Under the pieces are notes generated by a model. It was not told where the DNA came from. It ran no database searches and saw only the letters and a list, made by a program, of their open reading frames with translations. This document shows, piece by piece, positions 57,471-64,000 of a DNA stretch of 64,000 nt; within the stretch, counting starts at the first letter, position 1; each line of letters opens with the position of its first letter. The translations under genes were made by a program, and so were the position numbers. The stretch covers positions 32,001-96,000 of the forward strand of contig OZ223475.1 in NCBI GenBank assembly GCA_965140785.1, given 5' to 3'. This stretch comes from an uncultured Ruficoccus sp. (GTDB lineage: Bacteria; Verrucomicrobiota; Verrucomicrobiia; Opitutales; Cerasicoccaceae).

Positions 57471-57784
57471 GTGTGTTTGTCATCGCTGGTTTTTGTGAAC
57501 GCCCCGCTCGCAGTTGCGTTTGATTTGCCCACAGCAAACTTATCGACCGTCGGTCCCGTCTCCACAGCAGGGGAGGGGGCCGTCGGTCATTTTTACACCC
57601 TTTGCCCCTCTCCCAGAGTTTGAAGCCGCCCGTTAGCTGCCCACCGCCGAGATCGTATGCTTTTGGCACTTGAGTTTTCCGCCAACCCATACGAGAATAA
57701 CTCCTTGTTCTTTGAGACTGCCCTGGGAAAGTCCCGCTTACGCCGGACCATTTCCCGCCCGCATTTCTCATTGATTTAGAATGT

Positions 57785-58137
57785 GGGGGTGTTCCGGATT
57801 CGACCCGGAGCCGTAGGGCCTGGCTGCATGCCGGAGATGATGGTTGGCTCCGTTATCAAATCCATCACACCTATAAATGGCGAAAATGAATACGCCATGG
57901 CTGCCTAATTAACGCAGTCACGCAGAAGGGCTGATACCTGTTAAGCCTGGACGCGATCACCTAGCAGGCATAGTCCGCTTCGGGTATCCGGAAGCGGGCC
58001 GTACTCAAACAGGATTCTCGCGGTACGACAGCGCGCTTCATCGCGGTCGCACCGTTAAACCAAAGATGATGCTAAGTATGTAGACGCCTTGCTTGAAACC
58101 TCCGGACACGCGGGTTCGACTCCCGCCACCTCCACCA
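57785..58137 (+). ncRNA. ssrA: tmRNA; tag (A)GENEYAMAA at 57879-57908
   Basis: 5' GGGGGTG...GGATTCGAC; 3' GGGTTCGACTCCCGCCACCTCCACCA; ATAAAT before the resume codon; tag ends AA-stop. Confidence 0.96.
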
Positions 58138-58148
58138 AATTTTTGTCT

Positions 58149-58174
58149 AGCCCTTCTTCGGAAGGGCTTTTTTA
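58149..58174 (+). terminator. Terminator after ssrA
   Basis: AGCCCTTC-TTCG-GAAGGGCT followed by a T run. Confidence 0.85.
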
Positions 58175-58286
58175 TGAGCAACTTGCGGAATTGGAACGCC
58201 TTGCTACGCGACAGAATCTCGAAACAAACTTCAATTGCATTCTACTCAAATCGACTCAAATCAAGGTGGATTACCTTAATTGTGCC

Positions 58287-59494
58287 TTAGTTGGATTCTT
58301 CGAATCGAGACTCTGCCAATTGTCGATAAACGCCTCCCGATTGTTTGATTGCGTTTCCTACGAGCTTGTGGAGTGAGTGTAAAAAAGCCCGGGCGTCATG
58401 GCTCATTGCTGACGAAAACATCGGAGCTGCGTTGGTGTAGATACCTTCAATCTCGTTTGCTCGTTCGATACTCGATCCACGTCCTACATAGTCGTAGGCC
58501 TTGCTCCAATCGGTTCGATGTAAGTCTGCAAGTCGTTCCTCGGCTAAATCGTGGACGGCGGTAAATACTGTCTGCCGAATCAAGCTCAGAGCCTTTCCTC
58601 GTTCCTCATCATCCTTTGGTGGTCGATTCCACTCAGTCGGATTTTCGAGCCATTGGGAAATATTCTCTTGAAGCCTTGCGACAAGGTCCGCCACTGGACG
58701 CATGTCATCATATTCGTTTGACCAAGCCATCGCAAATCTACGTGTAAGAGCCTTCACTCGCGTCCAGTGCTCCTTGGCAATACCGTCATGATAAGAGATC
58801 CCGAGACGGGCACGCCATGGCTGCTGAAATCCAGTAATTGCGTCTCGTAATGCGATTTCTAGCCCTTCGCCACTATATGCTGGTATGAGGTCAACTGGTT
58901 CAATGGGAGCTCCAGAATCTTGCATTAATCGCATTAACTGTTGTAGCTGGTCACGAAACCCTTTGGGTATTTGATATATTTCTCGATCCAGACCTCCGAG
59001 GAAAAACGCAGACAGTTCAATGCGGTTTTCAAGCATGGTGGTTACGGTAGCACCTATCACTTGTTTCAGGCTCCCTAAGCCGTTTCGAACAGAGCTGAGA
59101 ACATGGTCACATTTTAGGGCATGGCTCCCCAAATTCGATCCTCTGACTAAATCAAAGTGAGTAAATGCTACGGCTAATTTGCTTGAATTTCCACTGCTCC
59201 CAATTGATCGGATAAGTTCAAGGGGGGCCGCCTGCATGGGTTGCTCGGCGTTATCAACAAGAAGTATAAGGTCTACGTTCGCGAAACGTCTGGTAACTCG
59301 GGTTGACACACTGGTTGCAGACTTGGCTGCGTGTCCAATGCCTTCGCCGTCGAGCAAAACAAGACGTGGGGCAATTTTGAGTTCTTCTAGGGCAGGAAAA
59401 AATGCCCCTTTCACTCGCACCCCATCGACTAAGGGAGTTAATAGGCGTCCAAATTGTTGATGATGATTGCTTGAGAACCAACGGATTTGCCTAA
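58287..59494 (-). pseudogene. C-terminal part of a large GTPase/dynamin-like protein, 5'-truncated at IS3
   Basis: G3-like LLDGEGIGH and G4-like FTHFD, but no Walker A; the frame runs into the IS end; lower GC than the backbone. Confidence 0.65.
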
Positions 59495-59502
59495 TGACCT
59501 GC

Positions 59503-60482
59503 CTACGCAAACTGTACCGCATTGAGAGTTAGTCTGAGCGGGTTAATGATGTGATTTAGGGTTAGGTTGTAGAGGGTGTCAAGGCTTGGGCGGAAGGAGG
59601 GCGTAGCCCGAGTGTAGCCCATGCCTTGGAAGTTGATGTCGAAGGGGGTTGGTGCGGTTTCTTTGGCTGCAAACTCCAGTGGTGTGAGCAGTCCGAGTGA
59701 ACGGTGGGGTCGGATGTTGTTGTACTTCCATCGCCAGTCCTCGATGACGACGCGTGCCTCGGTGAGCGTATAAAACCACTCGCGGTGAGGCACTCATCGC
59801 GGAGTCTGCCGTTGAAGGATTCTATGTAGCCGTTCTGCCAGGGACTGCCCGGCTCAATGTAGAGCGTCTTGATCTCCTCGTCCGCGTACCATTTACGCAG
59901 GCTCTTCTCGATAAACTCGCTGCCGTTGTCGCTACGGATGTGCTCGGGGCTGCCGTAGGCACTGATCAACTCGCTCATGACGGCTCGCACCTTGGCGGCG
60001 TTGAGGTGGCGATCGACGTGGATGCACAGGCACTCACGGGTGTACTCATCGAGTACCGTGAGCATGCGGATTGATCCGCCCTTAGCCGTACGGTCGGCCA
60101 CGAAGTCGCAGGTCCACACGTGGTTGCGATGAGTAGCCTTTGTCGGTAAGCCCGTCGAGGGGCCGCGCCGACGCTGACGAGGCTTCTTAGTCGGACACTT
60201 CAGCCCCATCTCCTGGCGCAGGCGCTGCACCAGCCGCTTACCTACGTCCCAACCATCGCGCTTGAGTAGATGAGTGATTTTCGGGTAACCCAGCTCGGGA
60301 TGCGCTTCGCTCTTGCGACGCAAAGCCCCACGTAACTTTGCCAACCAGGGCGTAGTCTCCTTCGCCTGATAGCCGAAGGTACTGCGATGCAACCCAAAGT
60401 GACGGCAGGCCGCCCGCGCTGAACATCTGCCCTGCGACACCAGAGTTTGCGCCATCTCGCGCTTGTGTGCAGGGCTTACCAT
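59503..60482 (-). CDS. IS3 transposase OrfB (DDE), with a 1-nt frameshift near 59787
   Basis: WTCDF, VLDEYTRE, IRSDNGSEF, PWQNGYIESFNGRLRDEC; continues as REWFYTL...RPHRSLG in another frame. Confidence 0.9.
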
Positions 60483-60742
60483 TTTTTTTCGAGCGCCTCC
60501 TTCAGCAGCTCCTTACCAAGTATCTCGTCCGCCAGCATACGCTTCAGCCGAGCGTTCTCCTTTTGCAGTTCCTTCAGTTGCTTGGCCTGATCGACTTCCA
60601 GCATCCCAAGCTCCCGCTTCCAGCGGTGGAACGTCTGCTCGCTGATCCCTGCCTCGCGGCAGACATCCACGATCGCTCTGCCAGCATCAGCGGCGCGTAA
60701 AATGCGGATTTTTTGCTCTGTACTGTATCGCTTGCCTTTCAT
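60476..60742 (-). CDS. IS3 transposase OrfA
   Basis: HTH VCREAGISEQTFHRWK and zipper LKELQKENARLKRML. Confidence 0.92.
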   Translation of the reverse strand: MKGKRYSTEQKIRILRAADAGRAIVDVCREAGISEQTFHRWKRELGMLEVDQAKQLKELQKENARLKRMLADEILGKELLKEALEKKW

Positions 60743-60808
60743 CGTCTGAGTCCTTTCTAAGCACTCAGACTAACTTTGCAAGCGGCTCAGTTTAAGTGGA
60801 CACGGTCA

Positions 60809-61036
60809 GGTTTGAGTGGCCTGACAAAGCTGCGCCACTTGCGGGCGCACAATAACCAGCTCACTGCCGAGGCCATCGACGCCGTGCTCATCCAACTGGC
60901 CGGTTCGACCACCGCCACCAATGGCCAGCTCAATTACTCCGGCAATCCCGGCTCGGCCAACAACCTGCGCTCCACCGAAGCCGCCGCCGCGAAAACGACC
61001 CTCACCAGCACCAAGAAGTGGACCATCACCGTTTAA
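60809..61036 (+). pseudogene. C-terminal fragment of an LRR-containing phage-associated protein, truncated at IS3
   Basis: LSGLTKLRHLRAHNNQLT LRR-like repeat; the frame begins at the IS boundary. Confidence 0.5.
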
Positions 61037-61040
61037 CAGT

Positions 61041-61307
61041 ATGAGCACTCCCGACGAATCGCAACCGGTCCATGTGGCCGAAGCTCCCGCCGCCGATCAG
61101 CCCATCTGGCGCTGCGTCCACGACGGCACTGACCTGATCGCGGCCTTCGAGACTACCGGCCAGACCGAATCGGTTTACGAGATCGTGGACTTTGACACGC
61201 AGGAGGAGATGGAGGCGGCCATCGACGCACTCGGCCTTACGGTCGATCCCGACATCTACATCCGTCCCGACACCAACAACCAAACGCCCCATCGCCATGC
61301 CCGATAA
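61041..61307 (+). CDS. Small acidic phage hypothetical protein
   Basis: ATG 4 nt after the previous stop; co-oriented with the tail genes. Confidence 0.6.
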   Translation: MSTPDESQPVHVAEAPAADQPIWRCVHDGTDLIAAFETTGQTESVYEIVDFDTQEEMEAAIDALGLTVDPDIYIRPDTNNQTPHRHAR

Positions 61308-61674
61308 CACCATCACCGCCGAGCAAGCCGTCCTGAGCGGCGGCATCCAAGTCAACGTCAACCACATGGACGGCGCTTGCGAGGTCGTCACCGTTCGGCT
61401 GTTGAAGATCCGGGAGTTCCCCGATTACCTGCGCCTGGTCGATCAGGAGGAACGCTTGGCCGAGTTCCTCTGCAATCAGCCCGAGGGCTGGGCCGACACG
61501 CTCACGGTGGATTCGCTCTTGGATATCTGCGAACAGGGCCACGGGATAAATTTCAGGAATGCCTGCCGCTGGGGCGAGCGGCGGGCGCAGGTCAACGAGG
61601 CGCTGCTTCCCATCGCCGCCAGCGGCAAAGCGGTGGCGCAACAGTTCCCGCAAGTGTCGGGGCAGCGAACGTAG
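61297..61674 (+). CDS. Putative tail assembly chaperone
   Basis: 125 aa, two genes upstream of the tape measure gene; positional inference. Confidence 0.55.
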   Translation: MPDNTITAEQAVLSGGIQVNVNHMDGACEVVTVRLLKIREFPDYLRLVDQEERLAEFLCNQPEGWADTLTVDSLLDICEQGHGINFRNACRWGERRAQVNEALLPIAASGKAVAQQFPQVSGQRT

Positions 61675-62036
61675 TGAGCGATGGGGCAGCGCCCCATTAC
61701 GGTGCGTCAGCACCGAGAGTGCAGAGCCTCGCTCTGCTTTGTGCTGAGTGCGCCTGCATGCTCGGAAAAGGCGTAGCCGAAATCGCCGCCACGCTGTCCC
61801 TGCCGGAGGTGCTCTTATTAATCCGCAAGGATCAAGAACGACGAATGGAATCCCTGCGTTGGCATACCCAGTCCCGTACCTTGGCCGCATCCGCCATCTG
61901 GAGCAAACCCGCCGCGCAGGCCCTCGGGCGCTTCGAGCGATCGCTGCGTATTGACAAATCAACGACGGAAACCAAACCCGCCAACCTGCACCGTCTCTAT
62001 GGCGGCGCGGGTGTGCCCGTTCAACCTTTGCCGTAA
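61674..62036 (+). CDS. Putative second tail assembly chaperone ORF (-1 frame relative to the first)
   Basis: Frame open from 61377; GTG overlaps the upstream TAG; lies directly before the tape measure gene. Confidence 0.5.
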   Translation: MSDGAAPHYGASAPRVQSLALLCAECACMLGKGVAEIAATLSLPEVLLLIRKDQERRMESLRWHTQSRTLAASAIWSKPAAQALGRFERSLRIDKSTTETKPANLHRLYGGAGVPVQPLP

Positions 62037-62042
62037 ATTTTT

Positions 62043-64000
62043 ATGGATTCCCGCGTCAGTGTCCTGATTGATATCCGCTCCAAGCTTGCTGGCTTGGAAC
62101 AGGCCACGGCAGGCTTTGGGCGGCTGATCAAAGGAGTGGCCGGTTTTGCCGCCGCCTACCTCTCGGCCCGCACGGTTATCAACGGTGCCCGCGACATCAT
62201 CAAGCTGGGCGCAGACATGGACCACCTCCACAGCCAGACGGGAGTGGCGGTCAAAGACCTGATCATTCTGCGCCAGGCCTTCGAAGACAACGGCATCAGC
62301 GCCGACAACTCCCGGCTCGCGATCAACAAGATGCAGAAGTCCCTCGTGGAGGCGTCCGAGGGCTTGCAGGAACCGGTCAAGGCGTTCGATGCGCTCGGGC
62401 TCTCCTACGAGGAACTTTTAGAGAAGAGCCCGACCGAACAGTTCAGCGAGATCGGTAATGCCATCCGGGCCATCGAAGACCCGGCGGAACGCTCGGCAGC
62501 GGCGATGCGGATTTTCGGACGGGCCGGGGCTGAACTGCAAAGTCTGTTTGTCTCCGGCGACATCGACGACGTGGCCCGTTCGCTCGGATCCATGCCGGAG
62601 GTGATGGAGCGTAACGCCCGGCAGTTTGAGCGGATCGACACGCTGATGGGCCGCATCCCCAACAAGTCGCGGCAACTCTTCGCCGGGATCGGGGATATGT
62701 TGGCGGACGAATTGCTGGGGCCGCTGGAAACGCTCAACTCGATTGACCTGACAGCGGCGGGCCAGCGCATCGGGGCCTTTCTCGACCTGACCCTGGAATC
62801 CTTCCGCGGCGGCACCTTTGCGCAGTTCATCGGACTTTCCATCGAAGCGGGCTTCGAGATGGGGACGGAAGCAGCCCAACGCATGATTGACGATGCGCTC
62901 TCGTGGCTGGGCGAAGATGGCGACGGTTGGAAAGTCGTCCTGAACGGCGTCATGACCTTCGGCACCAAAGCGGCCACCAGTTTGGTCGACTTGCTGGAAA
63001 CGCCGGTGGTCTGGCTCTCGGCTGGGTTTCGGAAGATCGGCTCCGAGGCTCGGGTGATCTTTGAAGAGGCCGTCAATCTCTTGGGCCGAGCCTTTTCCGC
63101 TGTCCTCAATGCGATCACCGCCGGTTTCGAGAACCTGCTCAACGGCGTGATCGAACGGGTCAACGCCATCACCGCCGCGCTGCCGTTTACGGACGGTACG
63201 CAGATTGGAACGGTCAGTTTTGGCCGTGTAGATTGGGGCAACAGCGTTGTCGAACCGGCGCGGGAGTTTAACGACCTCTTGGCCGAACAGCGCGAGGGGG
63301 TGGCGGAACTCTCCGACCTCATCCGCGACCAGTTGAATGCCAACCTCGACGCCAGCCGGGAAATACTCGGGCTGTCCGCCGATGAGTCCGAGCGCGACCT
63401 GAGCGCCGCCGAGCGCCTGAACGCGCTCATTGAGGAGCGCATCGCCTTGCGCGAGCAACGTGCCGTTGCATCCGATGAGGGGCAGAGCCCCTACGCGACT
63501 GCGTCGCTACCCCAGGATGATTTACCCTTCACCAGCCAGATGGAGGCGCTCGAATCCACCGCGACCAGTACCTTCAGCAATATCAACAGCGCCCTGCAAT
63601 CGGGTCTGTCCAGCAGCATGGAAGGGCTGATCACGCGCACCCAGACCTGGCAGGGCGCGCTCACCAATGTCACCACCACCATTCGCGGATCATTGATTCA
63701 GTCTTTTACTCAGATGGCGACAAGCTGGATTGCCGAGCGTCTGCGCATGTTCGTCATGGGCGAATCCTTGAAGCAGGCCGACACGACGAGCACAGTAGCC
63801 CAAGAGGCGGTCAAGCAGACCGCGATGGGGCCGACTGCCATGCTCGCCTCCATCGGCTCATGGGGGTCCGCCGCCATCATCGGAGCTGCTGTGCTGACCG
63901 CTGTGATGGCCTCGGTCGGCGGCTTTGCTGAAGGGGGCTACACGGGCTTGGGCGGTGAATATGAACCGGCGGGCATCGTCCACCGTGGCGAGTTCGTGGT
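62043..64000 (+). CDS. Phage tail tape measure protein, partial (runs off window end)
   Basis: MDSRVSVLIDIRSKLAG..., Ala/Gly-rich helical sequence, AAAMRIFGRAGAEL, C-terminal GGFAEGGYTG...EPAGIVHRGEFV. Absent from the ORF track because it has no stop in the window. Confidence 0.88.
   Translation, partial: MDSRVSVLIDIRSKLAGLEQATAGFGRLIKGVAGFAAAYLSARTVINGARDIIKLGADMDHLHSQTGVAVKDLIILRQAFEDNGISADNSRLAINKMQKSLVEASEGLQEPVKAFDALGLSYEELLEKSPTEQFSEIGNAIRAIEDPAERSAAAMRIFGRAGAELQSLFVSGDIDDVARSLGSMPEVMERNARQFERIDTLMGRIPNKSRQLFAGIGDMLADELLGPLETLNSIDLTAAGQRIGAFLDLTLESFRGGTFAQFIGLSIEAGFEMGTEAAQRMIDDALSWLGEDGDGWKVVLNGVMTFGTKAATSLVDLLETPVVWLSAGFRKIGSEARVIFEEAVNLLGRAFSAVLNAITAGFENLLNGVIERVNAITAALPFTDGTQIGTVSFGRVDWGNSVVEPAREFNDLLAEQREGVAELSDLIRDQLNANLDASREILGLSADESERDLSAAERLNALIEERIALREQRAVASDEGQSPYATASLPQDDLPFTSQMEALESTATSTFSNINSALQSGLSSSMEGLITRTQTWQGALTNVTTTIRGSLIQSFTQMATSWIAERLRMFVMGESLKQADTTSTVAQEAVKQTAMGPTAMLASIGSWGSAAIIGAAVLTAVMASVGGFAEGGYTGLGGEYEPAGIVHRGEFV

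Larger units (their letters stand above)
59495..60808 (-). mobile_element. IS3-family insertion sequence, 1314 bp
   Basis: Imperfect IRs TGACCTGCCTACGCAAACTGTACCGC / TGACCGTGTCCACTTAAACTGAGCCGC; orfA/orfB joined by an A8 slippery run (60482-60489); no flanking target duplication. Confidence 0.93.

Noticed and set aside
57471..57784. Structured RNA upstream of ssrA
   Set aside because: One GGGAGGGGG...CCCCTCTCCC stem is visible but no recognisable riboswitch or sRNA motif
62405..63458. Two ~345-aa minus-strand ORFs
   Set aside because: Antisense shadows of the tape measure gene

Overview
High-GC bacterial chromosome segment. PEP-CTERM and H-X9-DG prepilin genes and the overall gene content suggest Verrucomicrobiota/Opitutales (inference). 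The core backbone holds opgG/opgH, thrC, cimA, meaB, hisN, aroC, an MscK-type channel, GH78 and GH38 glycosidases with AraC regulators, four tRNAs (Lys-CTT, Pro-CGG, Leu-CAG, Gln-CTG) and tmRNA. Three accessory regions interrupt it. (1) A ~12 kb island between convergent tRNA-Lys and tRNA-Pro carries a LacI / prepilin / PEP-CTERM / lyase / SSS transporter / ADP-ribosylglycohydrolase-family / GH1 locus, bracketed by the right and left ends of IS3-family elements. (2) A complete ~6 kb element integrated in tRNA-Leu has 17-bp att repeats, an integrase, an AlpA/Xis-like protein, an iteron-containing HTH replication protein, a HigBA-like toxin-antitoxin pair, two unknown cargo genes and two inverted cos-like modules, but no structural genes. 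It is a candidate phage satellite and the best lead in the window. (3) Downstream of tmRNA lie a truncated GTPase-like gene, an IS3 element and phage tail genes including a tape measure gene that runs off the window. Several frameshifts in homopolymers or short repeats between 2.5 and 7.3 kb probably reflect sequencing error.
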